A DNA stretch of 64,000 nt, from the NCBI GenBank assembly GCA_038211695.1, contig JBBQVH010000017.1, forward strand, positions 1,081 to 65,080, written 5' to 3'. Below, one piece after another: positions 1 through 11,651 of the stretch. The stretch comes from Blastocatellia bacterium (lineage in GTDB: Bacteria; Acidobacteriota; Blastocatellia; RBC074). Every line of letters starts with the position of its first letter. The stretch's first letter is position 1. The position numbers and the translations under genes were made by a program. Under the pieces are notes generated by a model. That model was not told where the DNA came from and did not search any database. It worked only from the letters and a program-made list of their open reading frames with translations.

Positions 1-2215
1 CTTCGTCTGTAACGGCGTCAGTGGCGTCATCTGCGCCAACCGGCTCGACCCGGTGGCGATGAAAATCATCAACACATACATCCCCCTTGCCAACGTTGCG
101 GGCAGCAAATGGCAGGGCAACGTTCCCAGTCCCTTTGACTCCAACGAGTATCTGGGGAAGGTAGATCACCAGCTCAACGAAGCGCACCGCTTGACCTTCA
201 ACTACTTCACAACGGCAGGAACCAACCAGGTGAAGGCGGGCAGCGGCAACCTGCCCTGGGCCAGCCAGCAATTCAACTGGCGGCAGCATAACTTGAACCT
301 CAGTGACGTTTGGGTCATCAGCCCCAACAAGATCAACCAGGCCTGGATGACTTACACACGCAATTTTGGCGGGCGCTTGAATCTGCCCGCGACCTCGCTT
401 GGCGATCTGGGTTCGGCGTTCACGATTCAGGGCACGCCGTCGCTGCCGCAAATCACCGTCAGTGGCTTCTTCACGCTGACCAACTCCATCGGCGGCCCGA
501 CCGCCGGGACGAACTTCTACTCCGTGCGCGATGTCTTCAGTTGGAACAAAGGCAACCACTCCCTCAAATTGGGAGGAGAGGTTTCGCTGAACAAGGACAT
601 CCAACAGACGCTGCTCAATAACTATGGCGTCTTCACCTTCAATAACGGCGCAACCAAGAACGCGCTGGCGGATTTCCTGATCGGGATTCCCAGCGCGGTC
701 ACGCAGGACGTGCCCGTCACCGGTTACACGAATAGCTGGTACACGGCGCTCTTCGTGCAGGATGATTTCCGCATTCGTCCGCGCCTGACGCTCAACCTGG
801 GTCTGCGCTGGGATGTGCAAACGCCTCCGACTGATCCTTACAACCGCGTAGTCAACTACGTCCCCGGCAAGAAATCTACGGTCAATACGCTCGCACCGGT
901 GGGTGCATTGTTTTACGGTGACGAAGGTGTCGAACGCGGCGGCATTCCGGTGAGTTACAAACATGTTTCACCGCGCATCGGTTTTGCGTGGGATCCATTC
1001 GGCAATGGCAAGACTTCGGTTCGTGGCGCGTTCGGCGTGTTTTACGGCAGCATTTCGGGCAACGAATGGAACACAATGACGAACACCCAGCCGTTTGCTA
1101 CGCGGCTGACGTTCACCAATATCAATCAAAAAACGAACGCCCAAGGTGTGCCGCTGGGCGCATCGCTCAGCAACCCATACAACGCTTTCGTCGGGGGAAA
1201 TCCTTTCCCGTACAAAGGAACCTTCGTGACCGGCGGCGGAGTGACCGCAGTAGCGCCAGCTTTTGAGTGGCCACGTACGTACCAGATGAACCTTTCTCTC
1301 CAGCGCCAACTCACCAAAGACCTGACCGTGGAGGCGGCATATGTCGGCACGATGAGCAGCAAGCTCCCATTCGGACGTGACGTGAATTACCCGGTAGTCA
1401 ACGCCACGGCCACCAATGCTGGTGCGAATATTCTTGCGCGGCGGCCTAACACGGCGTATGGCGCGGTGATAGAGATCAACTCTGACCAGACTGCTTCTTA
1501 CCACGGATTGCAACTCAGGAGCGCCATGCGCATGAGCAAGCACGTCAGCTTCAATGCCTTTTATACGTTTAGCAAAACACTCAGCAGCGTGCAGTTGCAT
1601 AACAATACGACACAAGGAAGTGCTCAGAATTTTAGCAAGCTCTTTCTGGATCGCGGGCGTGCCGATACCGACCAGCGCCACGTCTTCAGCATGAGTTTGA
1701 ACTACCAGCCCGATTATTACTCCGGCAGTAACGCCATCGTGCGCAATATCCTGAACGGCTGGAGCATCTCACCCATCATCAAGCTGCGCAGCGGCCTGCC
1801 CTTCACCATCACCAACGGCAATGTGGACGCCAACCTGGACGGTGTCACTAACGACCGCGCGCAATTGATCGGCGATCCCAACATCGCCAATCCCACGGCG
1901 GCGCAGTGGTTCAACACCGCCGCCTTTGTTCAGAATAAGGTCGTGACCGGCGTCGCCACCGACGGCAATTCGCCGCGCAACCTGCTGGACGCTCCGGGCT
2001 ATCGCACCGTTGACCTGGCACTTTCGCGCGACTTCCGTTTGAGCGAGCGGTTCAAGTTGCGCTTCCGGGCCGAAGGCACCAATGCCTTCAACATGGTCAG
2101 CCTCGGACAACCGGGCGCGGCGGTTCCATCGGGCGCGACCTCTACTACGTTTGGCGTGATCAGCACGGCCAACTCAATGCGCAAGCTGCAATTTGGCTTG
2201 CGCATGACCTTCTAA
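1..2215 (+). CDS. TonB-dependent receptor (Oar-like acidobacterial type), 5'-truncated by the window edge
   Basis: Frame is open from base 2; beta-barrel motifs FVQDDFRIRPRLTLNLGLRWD and SPRIGFAWDPFG; C-terminal RKLQFGLRMTF ending in Phe. Confidence 0.9.
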   Translation, partial: FVCNGVSGVICANRLDPVAMKIINTYIPLANVAGSKWQGNVPSPFDSNEYLGKVDHQLNEAHRLTFNYFTTAGTNQVKAGSGNLPWASQQFNWRQHNLNLSDVWVISPNKINQAWMTYTRNFGGRLNLPATSLGDLGSAFTIQGTPSLPQITVSGFFTLTNSIGGPTAGTNFYSVRDVFSWNKGNHSLKLGGEVSLNKDIQQTLLNNYGVFTFNNGATKNALADFLIGIPSAVTQDVPVTGYTNSWYTALFVQDDFRIRPRLTLNLGLRWDVQTPPTDPYNRVVNYVPGKKSTVNTLAPVGALFYGDEGVERGGIPVSYKHVSPRIGFAWDPFGNGKTSVRGAFGVFYGSISGNEWNTMTNTQPFATRLTFTNINQKTNAQGVPLGASLSNPYNAFVGGNPFPYKGTFVTGGGVTAVAPAFEWPRTYQMNLSLQRQLTKDLTVEAAYVGTMSSKLPFGRDVNYPVVNATATNAGANILARRPNTAYGAVIEINSDQTASYHGLQLRSAMRMSKHVSFNAFYTFSKTLSSVQLHNNTTQGSAQNFSKLFLDRGRADTDQRHVFSMSLNYQPDYYSGSNAIVRNILNGWSISPIIKLRSGLPFTITNGNVDANLDGVTNDRAQLIGDPNIANPTAAQWFNTAAFVQNKVVTGVATDGNSPRNLLDAPGYRTVDLALSRDFRLSERFKLRFRAEGTNAFNMVSLGQPGAAVPSGATSTTFGVISTANSMRKLQFGLRMTF

Positions 2216-2258
2216 AACTGTTTGTCTGACAAGCTCAGAGATTCCGAAAGGGTTCCCG

Positions 2259-2308
2259 CTAGCATCCCTTCAAGTTGATTTTGATGGCCGATCTTGATGG
2301 GATGCTAG
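2259..2308 (+). terminator. Stem-loop after the TonB receptor gene (terminator or processing hairpin)
   Basis: CTAGCATCCCTTCAAG ... CTTGATGGGATGCTAG, 16-bp inverted repeat with 1 mismatch. Confidence 0.5.
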
Positions 2309-2318
2309 TTGAGATGCG

Positions 2319-3508
2319 ATGAAACTCACATCCGCCTTATTGTTCATACTGCTCTTTGCGACAGTCGGCAGCGGGCAAACGGCGCTGCGCCTTTGCACTC
2401 TGAATCCGGACTTGTTGCAAAAAACCAAAACGCGGTTGAAACCTCAGGACCTGGCGCTAACTTCATTACGCAACGAAGCAGAGAAGGCGCTCAAAGCCCT
2501 GCCAATGAGCGTCACGCAAAAAGAACGCACGGCGCCCAGCGGTGACAAGCACGATTACCTTTCGCTCGCGCCGTACTGGTGGCCTGATCCAAAGACGAAA
2601 GACGGTTTGCCATACCTGCGCGCGACGGCGAAACCAACCCGGAAAGCAAACGCGGCACCGACGCCAACGTGATTGGCACGATGGTCAGCACCGTTGAAGC
2701 ATTGGCAATGGCCCACTACTTTACCGGCGAGGAAAAGTACGCCGACCGCGCGGCGCTGCTGATTCGCGCGTGGTTCCTTGATCCCGCGACGAAGATGAAT
2801 CCGAACTTTCGTTATGCTCAGGCGGTGATGGGCCACGACGACGGGCGCGGCGCGGGACTGATCGAAAGCCGCCACTTCATTCAAATCGTCAATGCGGTTG
2901 GATTGATCGGCGGTACAAAAGTATGGGCTGAAAAAGACCAGCAAGCCCTGGTCGCCTGGTTCCGCGAATTCGCGGGCTGGATGCAGACCAGCACCAACGG
3001 CAAAGACGAATCCAAAGCGAAAAACAATCACGGCAGTTGGTACGCCGCAAAACTGGCTAGCTTTGCGCTGTTCACCGGCGACGAAGCGCTGGCGCGCAAA
3101 ACCGCCGAAGCTGCCAAGGCACGCATCGGCTGGCAAATCGAAACCGACGGCAAACAGCCGGAAGAACTGCAACGCACGCGCGGGCTGTGGTATTCCGGCT
3201 TCAACCTGGAAGCCCTGATGAACCTGGCCGAAGTTGGCAAGAAGGTCGGCGTTGATCTGTATTCGCATCAAACAAAAGACGGGCGCAGCATTCGCCGCGC
3301 GGTTGATTACTTGATGCCTTATGGCGACCCTGCGCAAAAATGGCCGCATCAGCAGATCAACGAGATGGAAAGCGCGCGGCGCGAATTAGCCTATGTTCTG
3401 CGACGCGCGGGGCTGGCTTATCACGAGCCAAAGTATGAAGAGACGCTGGCGAAGCATTTGTCCAATGAAGCCGCCGGGCAACGCTGACAGTTGCTGTGGC
3501 CGAAATGA
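2319..3508 (+). pseudogene. Alginate lyase family protein (Alginate_lyase/PL5-like), disrupted
   Basis: Signal peptide and DKHDYLSLAPYWWPDP in 2319..2672; NNHGSWY and YSGFNLEA in 2669..3487. Restoring one base in ctgcgcgcgac (~2616-2626) gives PYLRRDGETNPES. TGA at 3485-3487 is followed in frame by QLLWPK*. Confidence 0.8.
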
Positions 3509-3509
3509 G

Positions 3510-3589
3510 GTTGGGCAAACTGTCAGTTTGTCCTGTTCTATCGAAAAACGTCCTGGAATCAAGCAAGGCAAACTGACAGTTTGCCCAAC
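3510..3589. repeat. REP-like inverted pair (REPIN-like)
   Basis: GTTGGGCAAACTGTCAGTTTG (3510-3530) and its perfect reverse complement (3569-3589); each arm is itself a hairpin. Confidence 0.75.
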
Positions 3590-3603
3590 TCCGGCGGGAA
3601 AAT

Positions 3604-5604
3604 ATGAGAAACCAGATTCAACGATGGCTGATGGTTTTACCGGCAATCGGGCTGCTGCTGTTATCGGTGTTGGCGCAGGACGCGCGCGAATCGCTGGGGC
3701 CGAAAGACAAAGCGGCGAAAGCGAAAGAACCGCATCCGCTGACTGGCCTAATGAGCACGCTCAATTCCGGTTTGCGCCCGGAACTGCGCGGCCAGCATCC
3801 GCGCGTGTATGTCACCAGCGACGAATTGAAACAATTACGCGAACGTTCGCGGACGACGCATCGCGCCGTCTGGCAACGCGCTTTGCAGCAAGTCCGCGCG
3901 CTGAAGATAGACCCGCCGCCGCCGCCCGCCGAAGAGCGTCGTGCGCAAAACGAAGTCGGCATCGGCATTGCCGAAGCGGCGCTGGCCTACAAGATTGAAG
4001 GCGACAAGAAATATTTGGACGCCGCCAAAAAGTATCTGGAGGCAGCGACGAGCTACGACGTGTGGGGATATGCCTACAACAAGCCAAACGTTGATCTGGC
4101 CGCCGGTCATCTGCTGTACGGAATGGGATGGGGCTACGACTTGCTGTATCACGACCTGACCGAAGCCGAACGCGCGCGCTACCGCGACAAGCTGGCGAAA
4201 CAGGCGCAGCTGCTGTTCGATTACTACAGACCGAAGCCGGGGCGGACGTATTCGTACAGTCAGAACCACGTCTTCATTCCGATGGCGGGTTTGGGCGTAG
4301 CGGCCTATGCGCTCTACGATGAAGTGGCTGACGCGCCGGAATGGGCACGGCTGGCGCGAGCGGTTTACGACCGCGTGCTGGCGACGTATTCGACGGACGG
4401 CTATTACTACGAAGGCTTTGAATACTGGATTTTTTCGACGCCGTGGATCGTGCATTACCTGGACGCGCACCTGCACGTGACGGGCGAAGATTTGTTCGAT
4501 CAGCCTGGCTTGCGACAAACGCATTTGTACGCTGCTCATTCGCTGTTGCCTGACGGCCAATATGTTTTCGATTTCGGCGATGTGTTTGAAGGGCCGCTAA
4601 CCCGCGCCAAGCAAGGCGAGGAGTACACGCGCTCGCATCCCGGTGGGCAGTTTCATACCAACTACAATTTGCTTTACCGCTTCGCCGCGCGGTTCAAGAG
4701 CGGCGAAGCGCAGGGCGTTGCTGCGTGGATGGAAAGTTTGAAGCATTACAACGCCGAAGAGTACTGGTCGCTGCTCTGGTACGACGCGAAGCTCAAGGCG
4801 ACGCCGATCGCTCAGCAGCCAACATCGCATTACTTCCCCGACCACGAAGTTGTTTTCTGGCGGCAGAATTGGACGGCGGACACGACGGCTTTCGCCTTCA
4901 AATGCGGTCCGCCGGAAGGCCATCACGCGGCAAAGCAATTGAAGGAATTCACGGACTGGCATCTTTCCTCAGGCCACGCGCACCCGGACGCCGGCAGCTT
5001 CATCATTTACGCCGGAGGCCAAACGTTGACCGGAGATTCGGGCTACGCGGGCGTGCCGATGACGGCGCACCACAACACCTTGCTGATTGATTCCAAAGGC
5101 CAGGCGAACGAAGGCAAAGGACACGATGCATTCGATGAATTTCCTTACGATCTGCTGGATCAAACGCGCATTGCCGAAGTAAAGCTGGAAAAGAATCGCG
5201 CCTACATTCGCGCTGAAGCGGCGGCCAGTTACAATCCGGAACTCGGGCTGACGCGCTTCACGCGTCATTTCAGCTTTACGCCCACCATGGATTTTGAAGT
5301 CAAAGATGAACTCGCCGCCAAACAGCCTGCAACATTCACCACGCTGCTGCACGCCGATGACAAGGTAGCCACAGTTGGCAGGAATCAATTCCTGATCGCC
5401 ACGCCAACCGCCAAACTGCAAGCCACCATCGTTGCGCCGCCAGTATTCAACGCGCACGTGGAAGCGAACATTCTGACCGCGCCCGGCAAGCCCGGTTCGG
5501 TGGACAAAGGCGAACGGCAACAGCGTGGCGAACAGCTGGCCGTGTCGAACGCCAAGCCTGCAACCACAGGGCAGTTTGTGATGAAGCTGAAAATCATTCA
5601 CTGA
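3604..5604 (+). CDS. Heparinase II/III-family polysaccharide (oligo-alginate-type) lyase, secreted
   Basis: Signal peptide; HPRVY, QNH, DGYYYEGFEYW, GHAHPDAGSF and HNTLLID motifs. Confidence 0.85.
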   Translation: MRNQIQRWLMVLPAIGLLLLSVLAQDARESLGPKDKAAKAKEPHPLTGLMSTLNSGLRPELRGQHPRVYVTSDELKQLRERSRTTHRAVWQRALQQVRALKIDPPPPPAEERRAQNEVGIGIAEAALAYKIEGDKKYLDAAKKYLEAATSYDVWGYAYNKPNVDLAAGHLLYGMGWGYDLLYHDLTEAERARYRDKLAKQAQLLFDYYRPKPGRTYSYSQNHVFIPMAGLGVAAYALYDEVADAPEWARLARAVYDRVLATYSTDGYYYEGFEYWIFSTPWIVHYLDAHLHVTGEDLFDQPGLRQTHLYAAHSLLPDGQYVFDFGDVFEGPLTRAKQGEEYTRSHPGGQFHTNYNLLYRFAARFKSGEAQGVAAWMESLKHYNAEEYWSLLWYDAKLKATPIAQQPTSHYFPDHEVVFWRQNWTADTTAFAFKCGPPEGHHAAKQLKEFTDWHLSSGHAHPDAGSFIIYAGGQTLTGDSGYAGVPMTAHHNTLLIDSKGQANEGKGHDAFDEFPYDLLDQTRIAEVKLEKNRAYIRAEAAASYNPELGLTRFTRHFSFTPTMDFEVKDELAAKQPATFTTLLHADDKVATVGRNQFLIATPTAKLQATIVAPPVFNAHVEANILTAPGKPGSVDKGERQQRGEQLAVSNAKPATTGQFVMKLKIIH

Positions 5605-5610
5605 ATAAGC

Positions 5611-5717
5611 CCTGGGAGCGCAGTCCTTCCAGGCTGCGGGCCTTGATTGGAAGATCAATCGGGGAACGAAAGGATGAACCACCACGGCTCGCAGCCTGGA
5701 AGGACTGCGCTCCCAGG
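5611..5717. repeat. REP-like inverted pair
   Basis: CCTGGGAGCGCAGTCCTTCCAGGCTGCG (5611-5638) and perfect 28-bp reverse complement (5690-5717). Confidence 0.75.
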
Positions 5718-5829
5718 AAGACGTTTGTCCCGCCTCTCTTCGCCTTGCCCGGCGGATGATTTATGATTCCGCCTTCCTGACGCACAACTCTCATTCAAAA
5801 ACTGGCAAAACCCGGAGCGATTTTTTCTG

Positions 5830-6468
5830 ATGAACATTGCTGAACGTGCGCGGCGGATTGGAATTATTCCTGTCGTCAGCTTGCCGAAGCTGGAATACGC
5901 GCTACTGCTGGCTGAAAGCTTAATGGAGGGCGGGCTGCCCTGCGCGGAAATCACCTTTCGCACGGCGGCAGCCGCCGAAGCCATCGAACAGATCAGTAAA
6001 CGTTTTCCCGAACTGCTGCTGGGCGCGGGAACGGTGTTGACCACTGAACAGGCGCAGCGCGCAATGGATTGCGGCGCGCAGTTCATTGTCTCGCCGGGCA
6101 CAAACCCGACAACGGTGGATTACTGTTTGTCGAAAGGCGTGACGATCTTTCCGGGCGTCTGCACGCCCAGCGAAGTCGAGATGAATTTGGCGAAGGGCGT
6201 TGATGTGCTGAAGTTCTTCCCTGCTGAACCTGCGGGTGGCGTCAATTTCCTGAAGGCGATTTGCGCGCCATACAAAGATGTGCGCTTCATTCCGACTGGC
6301 GGCATTGATACAAAAAACATCGGGCAATATCTGGCCTTGCCGCAAATCGTTGCTTGTGGCGGAAGCTGGATGGTCAAGCCAGAACTGTTTGAAGCGGGCG
6401 ATTTCGGCAAGGTCAAACAGTTGTCGGCGGAAGCCGTCGCGCTGGTGAAAGAACTAAGAGTCGTATGA
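5830..6468 (+). CDS. eda: KDPG/KHG aldolase
   Basis: EITFRT, GAGTVLT, FIVSPG, LKFFPAE and FIPTGGI motifs. Confidence 0.95.
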   Translation: MNIAERARRIGIIPVVSLPKLEYALLLAESLMEGGLPCAEITFRTAAAAEAIEQISKRFPELLLGAGTVLTTEQAQRAMDCGAQFIVSPGTNPTTVDYCLSKGVTIFPGVCTPSEVEMNLAKGVDVLKFFPAEPAGGVNFLKAICAPYKDVRFIPTGGIDTKNIGQYLALPQIVACGGSWMVKPELFEAGDFGKVKQLSAEAVALVKELRVV

Positions 6469-8618
6469 GCGTTCGCCTTACCAAAGACCAAGAGAAAGTT
6501 GTCGCGTCGCCCGTCGAGAGCAAACTCTTTCTGAGCGGCGCAGCCGGAACCGGCAAGACAACCGTTGGCGTTCATCGTCTGCGGCATCTGCTCAATTCAG
6601 GCGTTCCGGCGCATTCGATTCTGGTGCTGGTGCCGCAGAAACGGCTGGCGCTTCCCTACTACACTGAAATTCGCAATCCTCGCCGCAAAGCCGGTGCGGA
6701 AGTCACGGTGGCCACGCTCGGCAGCCTGTCGCGGCAGATGGTCAACCTCTTCTGGCCGCTCAGCACCGATCAACTCAGCCAGCGCGATCCCTACCGCCGT
6801 CCGATCTTTCTCTCGCAGGAACTGATTCAATACCTGATGTTCAAAATCCTGGAGCCGGAGATTGAACAAAAAGATTATTTCAACAGTGTGACCATTACGC
6901 GCACGCGGCTGTTCGGCCAGATCGCCGACAATCTGAACAAATCTTCGCTGGTCGGGTTTCGGCACACGGCAATCAGCCAATTGCTGAAAGCAGCCCTTCC
7001 CGGCGATCAGGAACGGCTGCATATCTTCGACGACGCGCAAACCTGCGCGAATCTTTTCCGCGATTACTGCGTCGAAAACCGGCTGCTGGATTTTTCCTTG
7101 CAGCTTTCCCTGTTCACCGATCAGTTGTGGAAGCTGAGTGTGCCGCGCGCTTATCTGACTCGCCGGTACACGCACATCATCGCCGACAACATCGAAGAAG
7201 ATACGCCCGCCACGCACAGCTTGCTCAGCGATTGGCTGCCAAGCTGCAAATCGGCGCTGCTGATTTATGACAACGACGCGGGCTATCGCCGCTTTCTGGG
7301 CGCGGATGAAATCAGCGCGCTAGATTTGAAAGAGCGTTGCGAAACAAAAGCGGAGCTTGAAAAATCGCGCGTGATGACCGCGCCTGTCGAAGCCTTGCTG
7401 GCGGAACTGCACGAACTGATGACCGGCGAAGATCAAGCTCCCCTAAATTCTAGAGCCTATCAGGCCATCGCCTACACGCCCGCCGCGCAAAGCCGCTTTC
7501 ACACGCAGATGATTGACTGGGTTGCCGATTCGGTTGCGTCATTGATTCACGACAAAGGCGTCCTGTCGGGCAAGATCGTCATTCTGGCGCCGCTGCTCAG
7601 CGATTCGCTGCGCTTTTCGCTGGTCACGCGACTGGAAGAGAGAGGCATCAAGAGCTATACACTGCGCCCGTCGCGCCCGTTGCATGCCGAACCCGCCGTC
7701 CGCGCGTTGATCGCACTGGCAAAGCTGGCGCATCCCGGCTGGAAGATTGACTCAAAGCATCAAGTCAAAAAATTCGACGTGGTGCAAATGCTGATCAGCG
7801 TCATCGGCGAAATGGATTTGGCGCGCGCGACCTTGCTGGCTGATGTGCTGTTCAAAGCAAGAAACGGGCAAGGTGAACTGCTGCGTTTCGCTGGCATTAC
7901 CAACGCTGACATTCGTTCGCGCATTTCCGAAGTGCTGGGCGGACGCTACGAAAAGCTGGTCACCTGGATTGATGAATACAAAGCTGGGCAAGTGCCGCTG
8001 GCGCCACAGGCAATTGATGTCTTTTTCAGCCGGTTGTTCGGCCAGGTGCTTTCGCAAAAAGGCTTCGGCTTTTACATCACGAAAAAAGAAGCTTTTGACG
8101 AAGCGCGCATCATCGCCAACCTGATTGATTCGTCGCGTTCGTTCCGGCAGACCCTGGGCCAGATTGAGCCGGAAACCGAAACGGGTCAGGAATACGTGAA
8201 GATGGTGGACGCTGGGATTCTGGCCGATCAGTACGAACCCAAAGAATGGAAGAAAAGCCCCGACGCCGTGTTGATCGCGCCGGCGTACACATTTTTGCTC
8301 AGCAATCAGGCGGTGGATTATCAATTCTGGCTGAACATTGACAGCCCTGCCTGGAATCGCCGTTTGCAACAACCGCTGACGCAGCCTTATGTGCTGAGCC
8401 AGCAATGGCCGCCCGGGCAAATCTGGACGGAGATGGACGAACAACGGACTTCGCGCGAGATGCTGCTGCGCGTCATCACCGGCTTGGTCAAACGCTGCCG
8501 CCGCCAGGTTTTCATCGGCCACAGCAAGTTCGACGAACGCGGGTATGAGAAGGAAGGCGAACTTCGCGCCGTGTTTGATTTGCTGTTGCGCAGCCTTGGG
8601 AGCGTTGAAACCGAATGA
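6465..8618 (+). CDS. UvrD-like SF1 helicase-fold protein with degenerate Walker B
   Basis: Walker [10 protein letters not shown] intact; motif II reads HIIADNIEE rather than DExQD; later helicase motifs eroded; ATGA overlap with eda. Confidence 0.75.
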   Translation: MSVRLTKDQEKVVASPVESKLFLSGAAGTGKTTVGVHRLRHLLNSGVPAHSILVLVPQKRLALPYYTEIRNPRRKAGAEVTVATLGSLSRQMVNLFWPLSTDQLSQRDPYRRPIFLSQELIQYLMFKILEPEIEQKDYFNSVTITRTRLFGQIADNLNKSSLVGFRHTAISQLLKAALPGDQERLHIFDDAQTCANLFRDYCVENRLLDFSLQLSLFTDQLWKLSVPRAYLTRRYTHIIADNIEEDTPATHSLLSDWLPSCKSALLIYDNDAGYRRFLGADEISALDLKERCETKAELEKSRVMTAPVEALLAELHELMTGEDQAPLNSRAYQAIAYTPAAQSRFHTQMIDWVADSVASLIHDKGVLSGKIVILAPLLSDSLRFSLVTRLEERGIKSYTLRPSRPLHAEPAVRALIALAKLAHPGWKIDSKHQVKKFDVVQMLISVIGEMDLARATLLADVLFKARNGQGELLRFAGITNADIRSRISEVLGGRYEKLVTWIDEYKAGQVPLAPQAIDVFFSRLFGQVLSQKGFGFYITKKEAFDEARIIANLIDSSRSFRQTLGQIEPETETGQEYVKMVDAGILADQYEPKEWKKSPDAVLIAPAYTFLLSNQAVDYQFWLNIDSPAWNRRLQQPLTQPYVLSQQWPPGQIWTEMDEQRTSREMLLRVITGLVKRCRRQVFIGHSKFDERGYEKEGELRAVFDLLLRSLGSVETE

Positions 8619-10855
8619 CCAACTTTGAACCCAGACCCAGTCAGGCCCGCATTCTGGAATACTCCGGCGGCAGGATGGGCGTGTCCGCCGTACCGGGCAG
8701 CGGCAAGACGTGGACGCTTTCGAATCTGGCGGCCAAGTTGGTGCGCGAAACGAATCTGAAACGCGGCCAGCAGATTCTGGTCGTCACGCTGGTCAATTCG
8801 GCGCGCGGCAAGTTTGAACAACAGGTGCGTGACTTTCTGGGCGAAGGCACGCTGGGCACGCTTTTTCGCGTGCGCACGCTGCACGGACTGGCAAACGACA
8901 TCGTCAGCGAACGTCCCGGACTGGTTGGCCTGGCCGATGACTTCCAGATTCTGGACGAAATCGAAGCCCGGCAGATCATCAACGATGCTGTCATTGCCTG
9001 GTTCAACGCGCACAAAGATTTCGGCGTTGATGCCTATTTCAGCGCGGAGCATCTGAACAAAGACAAATCGCGGCGCGACTGGCGCGAAAGGGCGGCGGAC
9101 ATTGCGGCGGAAGTGATTCAGAAGGCGAAAGACTTTCGCTGGCGTCCCCAGGAGCTGCAGGCCGCGCTGGCCGCGTCAGAAAAATCGCTGCCGCTGGCTG
9201 AAATGTGCGTGAACGTTTATGAAGCCTACGACCGCGGGCTGCGGTATCGCGGCGGCGTGGATTTTCAGGACTTGATACGGCTGGCGCTGGACGTGCTGGA
9301 AGCATCGCCCGATTATCTGGCCGCGCTGCAACATCGCTGGCCGTACATTCTGGAAGACGAAGCGCAGGACAGCAGCAAGTTGCAGGAAGAAATCTTGCGC
9401 CGGTTGGTCGGCCCCTCCGGTGACGGTGCTGGCAACTGGGTGCGCGTGGGCGATCCGAACCAGGCGATTTACGAATCCTTCACCACGGCCAGCCCGGAAT
9501 TCCTGCGCAGCTTTCTGCACGAACCCGGCGTCACCGCGCGCGAACTGCCCGAAAGCGGTCGCAGCGCACCGCAGATTATCGCCACGGCCAACCGGTTGAT
9601 CGAATGGTCGCTGAATCATCCCAATCCGCGGATTCGCGCGCGCCAGGCGCTCACCGCCCCGTTCATTCAACCGGCGGAAAGCAATCCGCCGGACACAACA
9701 AAGAACGTTCAAATCCTTAGCGAAAGAAAGATGGATTCGGAGAAAGAGCGCGAAGATGTCGCGAAGTCCGTAAAAGACTGGCTGGGCAAAAATCCCGAAA
9801 AGACCGTCGCGCTGTTGCTGCCGACCAATGCCACCGGCGCGAAGATGGGCGAAGCTTTGCAGGCGATGAAAATCCCGCACATCGAAGTGCTGCGAACCAC
9901 CAGTTCCACGCGCGAAGTCGCCCGCGCGCTGCATCAGATTACGGACTTTCTGGCGCATCCGACCGAAGCCGCAATGCTGAGCAAAGCATTCACCGCCTGG
10001 ATGCGCGAAGAGCGCGAATCCGCCGAAACAATCGAAATCGCCAACCAGATCAGAAAGATCAAGCACGTTGAACAATTCACCGCTCCGCGCGACAAAGACT
10101 GGCTGCTGGATGCGCGCGCGGCGGCTCAGGCGTCCGAAGACGCATCCGAAAAACTCAACTTACTGGAAAGATTTCGCGCCGAAGTGCAGCGCTGGCAGGA
10201 AGCGGCCTTGCTGCCGATTGATCAACTGGTACTGACGATCAGCAGCGACCTGTTCAAAGAAGCTGCTGAGATCGCGACGGCATACAGCATCGCGCTTCAC
10301 CTGCGCGGCTTTGTCGAAGCAGACCCGGAAAATCGCCTGCTTGAATGCGTCGCTGAACTGGGAGAGATTGTCCGCAATCGGCGCAAGTTCACCGGCCTGG
10401 GCGAAGAAGACGATCAATTCGATCCCACCAGCTTCAAGGGACAAGCCGTCGTCATCACTCATCACAAAGCCAAAGGCCTGGAGTGGGATCGCGTTTACCT
10501 GATGTCGGTCAACAACTACGATTTCCCTTCGGCGGAGGCCGACGACAAATTTCAAAGCGAGAACTACTTCGCTCGCGATCATCTGAATCTGAGCGCGGAA
10601 GCCCTGGCGCAGTTAAAGGCCGTTGTCTCCGGCCAGCCTTACATCGAAGGTCAAGCCACCGAACAAGCGCGTATTGAATATTGCGCCGAACGTTTGCGCT
10701 TGCTGTACGTAGGCATTACGCGAGCCAAACGCGAATTGACCGTCACCTGGAACACGGGCAGAAACGGTGACCAGCGCGCGGCTTTGCCGTTGCATCAGTT
10801 AGCCGCACTGCAAGTGGCGGCTTTACAGACAGGAGGCGGCAATGAACCTTCCTGA
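8615..10855 (+). CDS. ATP-dependent SF1A (UvrD/PcrA-like) DNA helicase
   Basis: [39 protein letters not shown] and [11 protein letters not shown] motifs all present. Confidence 0.92.
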   Translation: MTNFEPRPSQARILEYSGGRMGVSAVPGSGKTWTLSNLAAKLVRETNLKRGQQILVVTLVNSARGKFEQQVRDFLGEGTLGTLFRVRTLHGLANDIVSERPGLVGLADDFQILDEIEARQIINDAVIAWFNAHKDFGVDAYFSAEHLNKDKSRRDWRERAADIAAEVIQKAKDFRWRPQELQAALAASEKSLPLAEMCVNVYEAYDRGLRYRGGVDFQDLIRLALDVLEASPDYLAALQHRWPYILEDEAQDSSKLQEEILRRLVGPSGDGAGNWVRVGDPNQAIYESFTTASPEFLRSFLHEPGVTARELPESGRSAPQIIATANRLIEWSLNHPNPRIRARQALTAPFIQPAESNPPDTTKNVQILSERKMDSEKEREDVAKSVKDWLGKNPEKTVALLLPTNATGAKMGEALQAMKIPHIEVLRTTSSTREVARALHQITDFLAHPTEAAMLSKAFTAWMREERESAETIEIANQIRKIKHVEQFTAPRDKDWLLDARAAAQASEDASEKLNLLERFRAEVQRWQEAALLPIDQLVLTISSDLFKEAAEIATAYSIALHLRGFVEADPENRLLECVAELGEIVRNRRKFTGLGEEDDQFDPTSFKGQAVVITHHKAKGLEWDRVYLMSVNNYDFPSAEADDKFQSENYFARDHLNLSAEALAQLKAVVSGQPYIEGQATEQARIEYCAERLRLLYVGITRAKRELTVTWNTGRNGDQRAALPLHQLAALQVAALQTGGGNEPS

Positions 10856-11651
10856 AGATTTTGTTTTCAGCCAAAGCGCATTGCAGGATTATGAAGAGTG
10901 CGCGCGCCGCTTCGAGTTGCGCTACTTGCTGGACGTGCGCTGGCCCGCGCTGCAAACCGAACAGGCGCTGCAATACGAAACCGGCCAGCAAACAGGCCAG
11001 GAGTTTCATCATCTGATCCACCAGCACACGCTGGGCGTTCCGGCGGCGGCAATCGAAGCCACCATTGCTGACGAACAGTTGCGCGCCTGGTGGGACAATT
11101 ACCTGCGCTGGCAAACGGAGCACCTGCCCGAACAGCGGTATTCTGAATTGACGCTGACCGCGCCTTTGGCCGAAACCTTGCTGATAGCTCAATACGACAT
11201 CGTCGCCAATATGCCAGATGACACTTTCGTCATCGTGGATTGGAAAACGGGTAAGCGGCCAAAGCCCGAATTGCTTGCCCGAAGAATGCAGACCATCGTT
11301 TATCCGTTCGTGCTGTCGCAGGCGGGCGCTTGGCTGAACCATGGCCAGCCGATTCCGCCTGACCGTATTCGTTTGATTTACTGGTTTGCCGAAGACGGCA
11401 GCACCATCGAATTTCAATCAAGCGCGGAGAAGCTGCTGGTGGATGAAACGCTGCTGGCTTCGCGGATCAACGAGATCAAGCGAAGCTCTGACTTTCCGAA
11501 AACCGGCGACGAACGCCGCTGCCGGTTCTGCGTCTATCGTTCCTTGTGCGAGCGCGGAGTGCTGGCAGGCGATCTGAATGAACTGGACGACGATGAACTG
11601 ACCAGCGGCATTTCGCTGGACCTGGATGAAATCGAAGAGATCAGCTTTTGA
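10842..11651 (+). CDS. Stand-alone PD-(D/E)XK nuclease (RecB/AddB/Cas4-like), probable Fe-S cluster
   Basis: [18 protein letters not shown]...IVDWKTG, QTIVY and C-terminal [10 protein letters not shown]; acidic tail. Confidence 0.88.
   Translation: MNLPEDFVFSQSALQDYEECARRFELRYLLDVRWPALQTEQALQYETGQQTGQEFHHLIHQHTLGVPAAAIEATIADEQLRAWWDNYLRWQTEHLPEQRYSELTLTAPLAETLLIAQYDIVANMPDDTFVIVDWKTGKRPKPELLARRMQTIVYPFVLSQAGAWLNHGQPIPPDRIRLIYWFAEDGSTIEFQSSAEKLLVDETLLASRINEIKRSSDFPKTGDERRCRFCVYRSLCERGVLAGDLNELDDDELTSGISLDLDEIEEISF

Noticed and set aside
3485-3487. TGA recoding (Trp or Sec)
   Set aside because: TGA is used as a normal stop in many genes here and the gene is already frameshifted
10842-11651. 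Cas4 / CRISPR adaptation gene
   Set aside because: No cas1/cas2 or repeat-spacer array in the window; context is helicases and RecJ
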